Shown here piece by piece: positions 54,102 to 63,198 of a stretch of 64,000 nt of DNA. Made by a program: the position numbers and the translations under genes. The DNA lies in contig JACPAG010000003.1 of assembly GCA_016180945.1 (NCBI GenBank), positions 39,312 to 103,311 on the forward strand, read 5' to 3'. Source of the DNA: Candidatus Aenigmatarchaeota archaeon (GTDB taxonomy: Archaea > Aenigmatarchaeota > Aenigmatarchaeia > GW2011-AR5). The notes beneath the pieces were generated by a model. It ran no database searches, was not told the origin of the DNA, and saw nothing but the letters and a program-made list of their open reading frames with translations. Positions within the stretch are counted from its first letter, which is position 1. Every line of letters starts with the position of its first letter.

Positions 54102-54272
54102 GTGGCAATCGCCTCATCAAAAATTACAAACGAATGCCTATGGCATTCGTTGCATCGAAGACCAAAGGTCTTCAGTGCATCAAAAGACTTTGCGAAGTCT
54201 TCGAAGATGCTCTTGCATCTTCGAGATTCCGAAGGAACTTTGTTCCTTCGAGAACAGAGGGGAGAGGGGATT
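54102..54272 (+). repeat. Expanded R1-like element carrying ~150 bp of tandem hairpins
   Basis: GTGGCAATC-GC-CTC...[AACGAATGCC/GGCATTCGTT, GAAGACC/GGTCTTC, AAGACTT/AAGTCTT, CGAAGATGC/GCATCTTCG, CGAAGGAAC/GTTCCTTCG]...GAG-GG-GATT-ATG. Confidence 0.7.
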
Positions 54273-55055
54273 ATGATTGAAATGATTTTTCTGGCGGTGC
54301 TTCTGTCTTCCATAGCGGCCTTCTGGGATTTGCTTACGACAGAAGTGCCTGATGAAATACCCGCCTTGATGATATCGTCCGGCGTTTTCTTCTGGTACAT
54401 CCGCTGGTTGAACGGCGATGCAGCCGCTTTCGTGTATTCGTTGCTGATAGGCACGGCCATTCTTGCCGCCGGTCTTGCGCTGTACAAAAGCGGCAAGTGG
54501 GGCGGCGCGGACGCGTGGATTTTGGCTGCCATTTTCTACATGGTGCCGATTGCAAATAGCAGGATTTTTCTGGTAGATTACATGTACAATCTCCTTATCG
54601 TCAGCTCTGCTTACACGATCGTATACGCCATAATTTTAGGACTCCTGAACCGGAATGTATTCCACCATTTCTTGAACGACCTCAAAGCCAATGCAAGGAT
54701 GATTTCTGTCCTGCTTATGTGTCTCGCTGCCGGCTTTGCATTAATCTACTTGTACAGACTTCCTCCTCCTTTCATCAGCATAATTATCATGTTTACATTT
54801 CTCCTGTTTTTCTGGCGGTATGCGCAAGTCATCGAGAAAACGGTCTTTACAAAAAGAATCCCCACCAGAAATCTCAAAGTTGGTGATGTTCTCCAGTCCA
54901 TGATATGGCGCGGCCTTACTTATGAGGAAGTCCGGAAAATCAGGAAACAGAAAAAGACTGTTGTCATAAAGGAAGGCATGCGTTTCGTGCCTGTGTTTCC
55001 CATAACTCTTGTAGTAACGATTGTCTACGGGAACCTGTTGTTTCTGATTTTGTGA
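54273..55055 (+). CDS. Prepilin/preflagellin peptidase (A24)
   Basis: WDLLTTEVPD, GGAD, C-terminal LKVGD...RFVPVF. Confidence 0.88.
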   Translation: MIEMIFLAVLLSSIAAFWDLLTTEVPDEIPALMISSGVFFWYIRWLNGDAAAFVYSLLIGTAILAAGLALYKSGKWGGADAWILAAIFYMVPIANSRIFLVDYMYNLLIVSSAYTIVYAIILGLLNRNVFHHFLNDLKANARMISVLLMCLAAGFALIYLYRLPPPFISIIIMFTFLLFFWRYAQVIEKTVFTKRIPTRNLKVGDVLQSMIWRGLTYEEVRKIRKQKKTVVIKEGMRFVPVFPITLVVTIVYGNLLFLIL

Positions 55056-55056
55056 G

Positions 55057-55373
55057 ATGGAAGAAATGATAACATTATAGCTGACCAACTTAGTATTTAG
55101 TATACCACAAAAGTTGGTCACATACATGGTAAAGCAGAGCTTTACCTGTACAGGAGAATCTTTGATTCTCCATGTATAGTAAACCAAGTTATAATATCGA
55201 GATTCTTTACTTGGTTAACTATAAAGCTGCCTAAAAAAGACATCGATTCTTTTCTTAGAGTAGTTAATGATATAAAATTCATTAAAGAAGCAAAAAAAGG
55301 GGACGAAGAAATATCCAAAGGCAAATTCAAGACACTCGAACACGTAATAAAAAAATACGGAGTTCAGCGGTAG
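55057..55373 (+). pseudogene. Antitoxin-like small ORF disrupted by an R3 element
   Basis: MEEMIT then, after the element, IKLPKKD...GDEEISKGKFKTLEHVIKKYG*; frame not exactly restored on excision. Confidence 0.45.
55076..55223 (+). mobile_element. TATAG...CTATA element (R3), 148 bp
   Basis: TATAGCTGACCAACTT..AAGTTGGTCA-CATAC, GGTAAAGC-AGA-GCTTTACC, GGAGAATC-TTT-GATTCTCC, TAGTAAACCAAGT..ACTTGGTTAACTATA. Confidence 0.72.
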
Positions 55374-55412
55374 AATTCTTTGTATTTCTCCGATTTTCTT
55401 TTACCTCTTTCT

Positions 55413-56432
55413 TTATATGATTCCTACACTTTCCAGAACGTTTCTTGCTGATTTTTCCGTAAGATTTTTTTTGTTCAGCACCGTGTACCTGTCTCTTATA
55501 GACGATGCCGTGGCCAGCGCTTTGACAACCCTTTCTTCCGTTTCACCCATGCCTTTTGCCGTCACGGGCAGCTTTAATTTCTTCAGCATCTTTATTATGG
55601 CTTTCCAATCCTGGCCTTGCAGATAGGTTGTTGCAATCGTGCCCAAAGCCACCTGCTCGCCGTGCAGTGCGGATGAGCCAAGCTTTTCCAGTGCATGGGA
55701 AAAGTTATGCTCGCTTCCCGAGCCGGGACGGGAAGAGCCGTAGATGTTCATCGCAAACCCCGACGAAATAAGCGCCCAGAGCAGGACCTCCAGCCCGTGA
55801 TAATTCTTTTTCCTTATGTCGTCAGCGTTTGACATGACTGCCCTTGCCGATAGCAGCGAAAGCTCGGCCATTACAGTATGGTACGGCTCCTTGCCAGCTT
55901 TTGCCGCCAGCCTCCAGTCTTCGACTGCTGATATCTTTGATATCAGATCCCCCGCTCCGGCTGCAATCCATCTGTACGGGGCATTCCTTATTTTTTCAAG
56001 GCCCGCGATTATCGCTATAGGCTCTGCTGCGTTGATGGATATTTTTGCTCCGTTTGATTCGATGCTTGCGCGGGAAGAAACAACGCCGTCATGGCTGAGA
56101 ATGGTCGGAAACGCTATCCACGGTATTTTTGCAAGGAACGAGGAATATTTGGCGGCGTCAATGCTTCTGCCGCCGCCAAGGCCTATGCAAAAATCGTAGC
56201 CGCTTATTTTCTTGGACAGGTTTTCAAGATATGTTTTTTCCAGGGAAGGGCTTATGATGTCTGCAGAAAAATGCCTTTTTATTGTATTAATCGTGTCATC
56301 GCACAGTTCCATTACATTTTTATCGCAGATAATGGCGCATTTTTTGCCTAATTTCAGGCTTAGCAGGAATTCTCTGACGTTCTCGTCGAGTCGTTTTTCT
56401 ACCATAATTTTGTAAGGCAGGTTGACGATCAT
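55413..56432 (-). CDS. egsA: sn-glycerol-1-phosphate dehydrogenase
   Basis: GLGGGRSIDAAKY, PT..SHDG, SSRP.SGSEHNFSHAL, HGEQV, RDRYT. Confidence 0.93.
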   Translation of the reverse strand: MIVNLPYKIMVEKRLDENVREFLLSLKLGKKCAIICDKNVMELCDDTINTIKRHFSADIISPSLEKTYLENLSKKISGYDFCIGLGGGRSIDAAKYSSFLAKIPWIAFPTILSHDGVVSSRASIESNGAKISINAAEPIAIIAGLEKIRNAPYRWIAAGAGDLISKISAVEDWRLAAKAGKEPYHTVMAELSLLSARAVMSNADDIRKKNYHGLEVLLWALISSGFAMNIYGSSRPGSGSEHNFSHALEKLGSSALHGEQVALGTIATTYLQGQDWKAIIKMLKKLKLPVTAKGMGETEERVVKALATASSIRDRYTVLNKKNLTEKSARNVLESVGII

Positions 56433-56536
56433 TTTCAATCACCGATACTAAGGCATTTATGTCGTAGAGGGATAGAGGTGTTGGAAAGAAATGCTCAAAG
56501 ATACTGCGGTCTTTAGACCGCAGAACATGGGGCATT

Positions 56537-57280
56537 TCATCTTCTGCACCCCCTTACCGCGCGGATTATGTCGCCTACGGCTTTAAAATTTTCTTCCGTT
56601 ATCGTACCTGTGTCTATGATATCCGCGCCTGCTTTTGCTCTCTCCAATGCGTCTGCCGCTGTTCTTATACCGCCGCCTACTATTATTGGTATTTCTATGT
56701 TATTTCTTACAGCCTTTACCATTTCAACCGGCACAGGTTCTTTTGCACCAGACCCGGCTTCCAGGTACACCAGATCCATGCCAAGATATTCTGCGGCCAG
56801 CGAATAGCCGACGGCTTTTTTTATGTCCCCCCTTTTTATGATTTCGGCCTCTCCTACCTGGCCGGCCTTCATCCCCGGTTCGACAATGATGTAAGCAGCC
56901 GGTATGATTTCGATGCCGGCTTCTTTTACCAGCATTGCGCCAGCCGACTGCGCGCCCGTTATCCAGTAGGGATTCCTGCTGTTAAGCAGCGACATGAATA
57001 AAATGGCGTCTGCGTAAGGTGAGATGCCATTAAGCCCGCCTGGGAAGAGGATGACCGGCAATGAAGAATTATTCTTTATCCGTTTTACGCATTTGTCAAG
57101 AAATTGCCGGTTGACGTTTGTCGAGCCGCCGACAAGTATGGCGTCCGTCCCGAATCTTTCCAGTTCCCTTATCTTCTTATCGAGATTTTTCATTTTTTGC
57201 GGGTCCGGGTCGAGCAGCGTTACGTGCATCGCCCTTTTCCTGACGGTCCTGTGAATAAAATTTTTAATGCGGTTTTTCAT
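56537..57280 (-). CDS. Geranylgeranylglyceryl phosphate synthase
   Basis: LLDPD, VGGST, LFPG, SLLNS.NPYWI, YLEAGSGA, VGGGIR. Confidence 0.94.
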   Translation of the reverse strand: MKNRIKNFIHRTVRKRAMHVTLLDPDPQKMKNLDKKIRELERFGTDAILVGGSTNVNRQFLDKCVKRIKNNSSLPVILFPGGLNGISPYADAILFMSLLNSRNPYWITGAQSAGAMLVKEAGIEIIPAAYIIVEPGMKAGQVGEAEIIKRGDIKKAVGYSLAAEYLGMDLVYLEAGSGAKEPVPVEMVKAVRNNIEIPIIVGGGIRTAADALERAKAGADIIDTGTITEENFKAVGDIIRAVRGCRR

Positions 57281-57386
57281 GAAACACTTTGGGAGAAAAA
57301 GGATAAAAAGTAAAACCAAATGGAATTTCTAGTAGAAAGCATGGATAAAACGAAAGAGAATTACCGGCTTTCTCCATTCTTTGTAC

Positions 57387-59009
57387 TTACTCAACAACAA
57401 CAGGCATCCTGCTGGACATGCTCTTCATCATGTTATAGATATCCGTGAGCCTTCGCTCCAGAAACATGACCCTTTCTGCCAATGGACTTAGATCCGGCGA
57501 TTCGATGGACTTCAGCTTCTGGGAAATCTCCGCCACGTCCCTTGCGTAGTCTTTTTTCTGTACAAAGTCTGGGAATTTCCTGTCCAGTGATGCGGCAAAC
57601 TGCTCCAGATTTTCAGTAAAGAATCTTGTTGCAGCCAGTTCCAGCTTCCCTTCCAGGTCATTTAGTTTCATTTGCTGTTCCGCTGTTTCGTCTCTCATCT
57701 TCCTGATTTCTTCTATGTTCAACGAGCCGGATATTCCGCGTATCTTGGCGGAGAACTCGTTCGCTTTCTCTTCAATAATTTTATCCATATCGGTTTTCAC
57801 TTCGCCGACTACCTTCTCGCTTATGGTTGCCAGGTAAGTTTCCATGTCGGCCATTCTCTTGCCGGTTTCGATGATTTTTCTCTCCAGTGCGGCGACCTGC
57901 GAGGACGTGTCCTCCACATCGCTGTGGACGGCGTCTATTGCAGCCAGTTTGGAATTTACATCGCCTATCCACCTGTCCATGGAATACCCCATGTCCTGCA
58001 TCCGCTTTTCCAGAGAGACAGTCTTTGCGTAGTTCTCTTCCAGCGTCTTTCTGATATTGTACATGGCAGTGACTTTGCCTGCCAGATCCTGCACGTGCTT
58101 TTCCAGCGCAGCCCGCTGGACAGCCTCTTCTTCGATGGCGGTTACTAGTTTGTTTAATCCCATTATCTGCGGCTTTATAACATCAAGCTCTGCTGCTTTC
58201 GCGTTCATCGCGCCTATTTTAGTTTCAAGAGATTGCTGAACAGCATCCAGTTTTTCCATCCGCGCCTTGAACTTCTCCTCTGTCGCAAAAATCCTGTTCT
58301 CAACATCTTTTCTTGCTGATTCTGTCTTTTCGGACGAGCCGCTTATTTTTGTGTCTATTCCTTCCTTGAGCGCTTCTACCTTTTCGATGTCCGCATTGAT
58401 TTTTTCTTCAATCGTTTTTATTTTTGTAAACGCCGTAGACGCCCTTTCGATGTCGACTTCCACATTCTGGATTTTCTGCAATACTCCGCCTCTTTCCGTA
58501 GAAAAGTTTTCTACCGTATCCTTCAGCACCTTAAGCCTGTTCAGAGCGTTTTCAATTTCTATCCTGGTTTTGTTCATTCGTTCTATGTAAACATCCGCAT
58601 CCTTGCTCGTTACAGTAATCGGGCCTTGCGGCCTTGAAGCTATTTTTTCTTCTATCTTTGGCAAGTCGACTTTTAAGGAAGAAATGCCTTTTTCAATCTC
58701 AGCAATGCGCGTTTCGAGATTTTGCGGTACTCCTTGTCCCAGCTTCTCTTCAATCTTCGTTATTCTCTGCTCCAGAAGCGGGGCAGATTCTATAACGTCC
58801 TGCGTGCCTATCTTTTCTTTTATTTTGGTGCTTTCAATCTGCAGAAGAAGCACCAAATCCTCTATTTCCTGCAGCCTTTCTTCGCCTATACTTTCACCGC
58901 CAGGTTTCTGCTCCGTCTCGGCGAGTCTCTTCTCGACCTCGAAGAAATTGGTTTTTATCCGGTTTTCTAAGGCGGATAACCTCTGGTTAAGTCCCTGTAA
59001 ATCATCCAT
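57387..59009 (-). CDS. Long coiled-coil protein with C-terminal PVVVE
   Basis: ~540 aa of heptad-rich sequence; no ATPase motifs. Confidence 0.75.
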   Translation of the reverse strand: MDDLQGLNQRLSALENRIKTNFFEVEKRLAETEQKPGGESIGEERLQEIEDLVLLLQIESTKIKEKIGTQDVIESAPLLEQRITKIEEKLGQGVPQNLETRIAEIEKGISSLKVDLPKIEEKIASRPQGPITVTSKDADVYIERMNKTRIEIENALNRLKVLKDTVENFSTERGGVLQKIQNVEVDIERASTAFTKIKTIEEKINADIEKVEALKEGIDTKISGSSEKTESARKDVENRIFATEEKFKARMEKLDAVQQSLETKIGAMNAKAAELDVIKPQIMGLNKLVTAIEEEAVQRAALEKHVQDLAGKVTAMYNIRKTLEENYAKTVSLEKRMQDMGYSMDRWIGDVNSKLAAIDAVHSDVEDTSSQVAALERKIIETGKRMADMETYLATISEKVVGEVKTDMDKIIEEKANEFSAKIRGISGSLNIEEIRKMRDETAEQQMKLNDLEGKLELAATRFFTENLEQFAASLDRKFPDFVQKKDYARDVAEISQKLKSIESPDLSPLAERVMFLERRLTDIYNMMKSMSSRMPVVVE

Positions 59010-59119
59010 AAAAATACTTTGTTCGCGGGGGTATATATAATTTTTAAGGTGCTGAAACGTCATACCTATTTAAAATTTCTAATTTATTATTAACGACAAC
59101 AGCATAATACTTACTGAAG

Positions 59120-59521
59120 GTGTGGCATCTGGAAAAAAGACAATCGGAAATAAAAGACCTTAAGCCGGGGAGCTTTGTTCTGATAGACGAAATCCCGTGT
59201 AAAGTCGATTCCGTCCAGATATCAAGGCCGGGAAAGCACGGCTCTTCGAAAGCACGGCTGGCCGCATCTGGTATATTCGACAACCAGAAGCGCATCATTG
59301 TCAAGCCCGCCGGTGCAAAGATAGACGTGCCCATAATAGAGAAAAAATCCATGCAGGTCATAGCAATAATAGGCAGCAACGTCCAGCTCATGGACCTGGT
59401 GGACTTCACAACCACAGAAGTCCCTATACCCGAAGAGCTTCTCGGCCAGTTAACCGAGGGCGAGGAAGTTCTTGTGTGGAAGTTCGGCAGTTACATCATG
59501 CTGAAGGGAAAAAAGGGTTAG
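59120..59521 (+). CDS. eif5a: Translation factor aIF5A
   Basis: SRPGKHGSSKAR hypusine motif, VPIIEK, VQLMDL. Confidence 0.96.
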   Translation: MWHLEKRQSEIKDLKPGSFVLIDEIPCKVDSVQISRPGKHGSSKARLAASGIFDNQKRIIVKPAGAKIDVPIIEKKSMQVIAIIGSNVQLMDLVDFTTTEVPIPEELLGQLTEGEEVLVWKFGSYIMLKGKKG

Positions 59522-60583
59522 GTGGGAGGGTTATTTACGAAACTGATTGTCGGCGTCGACCCCGGAATGATAACAGCCGTGGCGGCTGTCGATATAAACT
59601 CTGATTTCTACTGCACCTTCAGCAAACGTGGCTTTTCTTTCAGTGAAATCTGCGACCATCTTGTGAATGTCGGCGAGCCGGTTGTCGTGGCCACGGACAC
59701 GATGCATCTGCCGGATGCTGTCAAAAAGATTTCTGCCGCCTTTAATTCCAGGCTTTTCCTGCCGAAAAGAAACCTTCTCGTTGGCGAGAAGAAAAGGCTC
59801 ATAGAGGAAAAGCATGCCGGCAACGACCATGAACGGGACGCATTGGCTTCGGCAGTATATGCAAAAGAATTCTTTTTGCCGCTGTTCAAAAAAATAGACG
59901 CCGCCCTTGAAAAGAAAGGCCTCTCTCATTTGTCAGCCGACATCAAGGAACTTCTGATAAAGAACGAGGCCGGCAACATTGAACAGGCGATAAGATTGCT
60001 CACCTCCGTAGAGCAAAAACAGCTGAAAATAGTCCCGCGCATCATCGAAACGAAGGAGATAATAAAATTGCGCCAGCGCGCCGGGAAACTGGAACAGGAA
60101 AAAATCAGGCTGGAAAAAGTTATCGGTGAAATGGCCGCGGAAAACAAACGCCTGGCGAAAGAGGCGGAAATGCTGTCAAAGAAGGACGAGAGCAGACTGG
60201 TGAATAATCTCAGGAAAAGCATAGCCGCCGTGCTTGAAGAAAAAAACAAGCTGGAAAACGAATATAAGGAATTCAGGGAGCTCTCGTCAAAATATGAAAT
60301 AATTGCCGATATCGGCGAAGCCGCGGCAGGCAGGGTGATTATGGCAAAGGGCAATATTGACGTGAAAAGAATGGAAGAAATGCAGCCGAAAGCGGTAATT
60401 TCAGATGATTTTATCGACACGTATATACCTGTGATACATCCCGAAAGGATAGAGTTGAAGAGCATAGGAAAATTTCTGGTAATCGACAAAAAACAGCTCG
60501 GGGACGTCTTGCAAAGCGGCGAAACCTTTTTAGACTGGCTTGGAAAATATAAGTCTAGATATCAGCATGAAACCAAGGCATAA
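59522..60583 (+). CDS. DUF460 domain protein with coiled coil
   Basis: IVGVDPG, VVVATD, NDHERDALA. Confidence 0.85.
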   Translation: MGGLFTKLIVGVDPGMITAVAAVDINSDFYCTFSKRGFSFSEICDHLVNVGEPVVVATDTMHLPDAVKKISAAFNSRLFLPKRNLLVGEKKRLIEEKHAGNDHERDALASAVYAKEFFLPLFKKIDAALEKKGLSHLSADIKELLIKNEAGNIEQAIRLLTSVEQKQLKIVPRIIETKEIIKLRQRAGKLEQEKIRLEKVIGEMAAENKRLAKEAEMLSKKDESRLVNNLRKSIAAVLEEKNKLENEYKEFRELSSKYEIIADIGEAAAGRVIMAKGNIDVKRMEEMQPKAVISDDFIDTYIPVIHPERIELKSIGKFLVIDKKQLGDVLQSGETFLDWLGKYKSRYQHETKA

Positions 60584-61133
60584 GAAACAAAAGACAAGAA
60601 GGAAACGACCTAAGAACGCCGTTTTTTCCGCTGGCGATTTTTTGCGCCAGCAAAAAAGGGCCATTAGAAAAACCCTTGTATTTCTCGTGAAATTCAATCT
60701 GCTTTCCATCCCGCTTTATGCCATAATCCTGACAGGCTTCCAGTCGGGATTTCTGATGGATGCCACAAGCAACATGGTGGTTGCATTCTTGAGAGCCACG
60801 GGCATGGAAACAGCAATGCACGGCAATATCATAACAGTGCCCGTAAAAGACGGCAGCTTTGGCGCTTTCGTGAGCTGGGACTCGACGGGCTGGAAATCCA
60901 TGCTGGCAATGTTCGCGCTGGTCTTCGCTACCGAGTTTCCGCTGAGAAAGAAGATGTTCGGTCTTGTCCTCATACCCCTTGTTTACGCCGTCAATATATT
61001 GCGCATCTGGTTCATGTTCTTTATTTCAACGGTGGACACAAACTATTTTGCGCTGGCCCATTTAACCGTCTGGAGCTGGGGGCTGATATTTGCAGTGCTA
61101 GGGTTATGGATTATCTGGATGAAGAAATTCTAA
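60567..61133 (+). CDS. Exosortase/archaeosortase family protein (Ser at catalytic Cys position)
   Basis: Multi-TM; WDSTGWKS, NILRI, AH. Confidence 0.75.
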   Translation: MKPRHKKQKTRRKRPKNAVFSAGDFLRQQKRAIRKTLVFLVKFNLLSIPLYAIILTGFQSGFLMDATSNMVVAFLRATGMETAMHGNIITVPVKDGSFGAFVSWDSTGWKSMLAMFALVFATEFPLRKKMFGLVLIPLVYAVNILRIWFMFFISTVDTNYFALAHLTVWSWGLIFAVLGLWIIWMKKF

Positions 61134-61257
61134 TATTTCTATAAGGGAAAAGAGAGTAACCTAGAGAGAAGGACAAACCGACGTACCGTAGGTACGTCAA
61201 GTTGTTCAGGTTTGTCATCTTGGATGGATGAAGAAGTTATAATTATTTCTATATCCA

Positions 61258-61285
61258 AGTGGGTAAGAAAGTTTACTTAACCCAC
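61258..61285 (+). promoter_or_regulatory. Inverted repeat upstream of the antitoxin (candidate operator)
   Basis: GTGGGTAAG...CTTAACCCAC. Confidence 0.4.
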
Positions 61286-61327
61286 AAGGTTTAAATACTG
61301 CCCAATGCATATATTGTTGGTGAGATC

Positions 61328-61615
61328 ATGCAGGAAACAGCCGTTTGCGATGAACGTGGAAGACTAACTTTAGGAAGAGATGTAACTGAAAGGTTCGGTA
61401 AGAAGTTCCACGTTGTAATGATGCCGAGAGAGGTAGTGCTAATACCAATATCCAAGGATCCGTTGAAATCTCTCAAAGAAGAAGGAAAAAAGATTCCTCA
61501 GGGGCTTTCCTTGGAAGACACAAGGACACTTGCTGACCAACTAGGTATCAGGGAAGCCAAAGAGAATTACGAACGATTGCAGAGACTTGTAAAGAAGACC
61601 AAGAGAAGGCGATAG
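61328..61615 (+). CDS. AbrB/MazE-like antitoxin
   Basis: DERGRLTL, VVLIPISKDPL; upstream of PIN gene. Confidence 0.75.
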   Translation: MQETAVCDERGRLTLGRDVTERFGKKFHVVMMPREVVLIPISKDPLKSLKEEGKKIPQGLSLEDTRTLADQLGIREAKENYERLQRLVKKTKRRR

Positions 61616-61617
61616 AT

Positions 61618-61983
61618 ATTCCATATGCAGACAGTGACTTCCTCCTAGCATTGTTGAAGCCTGACGACTGGCTGAAGGGTGGAGCCGAGAGAATATTGCG
61701 AACTCATAGAGGGAAGATATGGACTTCGATACTTGCTTTGGCGGAGGTCTTGATGGTCGGGCGTGCATTCGGGTTGAATCCTGAGCGTGTTGTCTCAGGA
61801 ATTTTGGATGTAGTTGAAGTAAGTGAAAGCGATAGGGGTATAGCATTGAGAGCTGCTGTGCTTCTATCCCGTTATGGACTTTCCACTTTTGATGCATTTC
61901 ATGCAGCTTTTGCTGAAGATGAAGAAATTATTAGCTCAGATGGAGTGTACGATAAAGTAGGTCTGCGCAGGATTCGTTTGTGA
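61618..61983 (+). CDS. PIN-domain VapC toxin (apparent ATT start)
   Basis: YADSDFLLAL, TS...AE, FDAFHAA, IISSD.VYD. Confidence 0.85.
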   Translation: MPYADSDFLLALLKPDDWLKGGAERILRTHRGKIWTSILALAEVLMVGRAFGLNPERVVSGILDVVEVSESDRGIALRAAVLLSRYGLSTFDAFHAAFAEDEEIISSDGVYDKVGLRRIRL

Positions 61984-62040
61984 GTCACTCAAATAGTAGT
62001 TACTGAAGATAAAAAATATATTAGAAATCACAAAAATCCC

Positions 62041-62436
62041 TTAGCACGTTACTGTTTCTGGTGCATTACCGCCCGGTGCGCTGGCCTTGACGACCTTTCC
62101 AGTGCAGGCAGTTCCGAGGGTGCATGTTGCCGTTCCTCCTGCTGCAAGCGTTGGAGAACTCCAGGTACAGGTCTGCGGAACGTTGTCTGCAAAGACCTTG
62201 ACAGATGAGAGGTCCATCGTTTTAGACCCTGTGCTTCTTACAACAACGCTTGTTCCTGCTGCGCTGTCAATCTTGATGGTCTGGCCAAGCTGCGTCGTCG
62301 AGGCATTGAGCTGCTCGTCAACTCCTGTGCCTGCCTGCGTGAAGATTCTCTGGAAGAATCCGGACGCAAGACCGACTATAGCGATTGCAACCAGTAACAA
62401 TAGGATTACAGAAATTACTGGCGTTATTCCCTTCAA
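62041..62436 (-). CDS. Archaeal type IV pilin
   Basis: Class III signal MKG|ITPVISVILLLLVAIAI. Confidence 0.88.
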   Translation of the reverse strand: MKGITPVISVILLLLVAIAIVGLASGFFQRIFTQAGTGVDEQLNASTTQLGQTIKIDSAAGTSVVVRSTGSKTMDLSSVKVFADNVPQTCTWSSPTLAAGGTATCTLGTACTGKVVKASAPGGNAPETVTC

Positions 62437-62503
62437 TCAACCCACCTTATTTTATTATGTCAATGCCCATATTTATACTCGAAGAACCCTGATTTCTGGA
62501 TTC

Positions 62504-63148
62504 TCATTTCATTAGTCTCCTTAAAAACGCCAGAATTATCGGCACAAGGAGCACGGCGATTAGCGATAAAATTATAATCTTCAGCGACCTGCCGAGTCCT
62601 TGCCGCCTGAACCCGAAAATCAGGCCGACGAAAAACCCGCCGAAATGGCCTGCGTAAGAAATGTTGCTGCCCGCGTCGAAGAGAAAGCCGTAGACGTTGT
62701 AAAGGGCATACGAGATGCCTACAAATGCCAGAGGCAGCGGGACTATAAACGGGTAGAAAGAAAGATCAAACGGCTTGACCAGTATGCCCGCTCCGATGAG
62801 CGCGAATATGCCGGCTGACGCGCCCACCGCTACCGCATCGAAAGGATAAGCAACCAGCGACAGCAAATCGCCTGCAGCAGCTCCCAGAAAGAAAATTGCG
62901 AGCATTTTCCGCCATCCAAGCTCTTTCTCGACGGCCATGCCGAAAAACAGCATCACCAGAATATTTGAAAGCAGGTGCGTCAGGCCGCCGTGTACAAATA
63001 TGGAAGTCAGTATTGTATACGGCCTGTCAATCATGTTTTTGCCTGAAAATCCGTACGTATTGAAAAAGGCAGCAATGTCAGGGACGTAAATTATCTGGTA
63101 GCCAAAAACCGCTATCATTATTGCAGTCAGGAAAATAGTGAACTTCAT
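62504..63148 (-). CDS. Rhomboid intramembrane serine protease
   Basis: TSIFVHGG..HL..N, GASAG, GHFGG. Confidence 0.93.
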   Translation of the reverse strand: MKFTIFLTAIMIAVFGYQIIYVPDIAAFFNTYGFSGKNMIDRPYTILTSIFVHGGLTHLLSNILVMLFFGMAVEKELGWRKMLAIFFLGAAAGDLLSLVAYPFDAVAVGASAGIFALIGAGILVKPFDLSFYPFIVPLPLAFVGISYALYNVYGFLFDAGSNISYAGHFGGFFVGLIFGFRRQGLGRSLKIIILSLIAVLLVPIILAFLRRLMK

Positions 63149-63198
63149 ACGAACACCTAATTTGCCACTTTTATAAAGATTTTCCTCTTAGGTTAGTC

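Noticed and set aside
20129..54272. Long N-terminal extensions in the ORF track (primase 20129, rpl44e 23109, CBS 52472, peptidase 54102; also bud32 18403 and rpl21e 10919)
   Set aside because: They are read-through of palindromic leaders; SD position and family N-termini indicate later starts.
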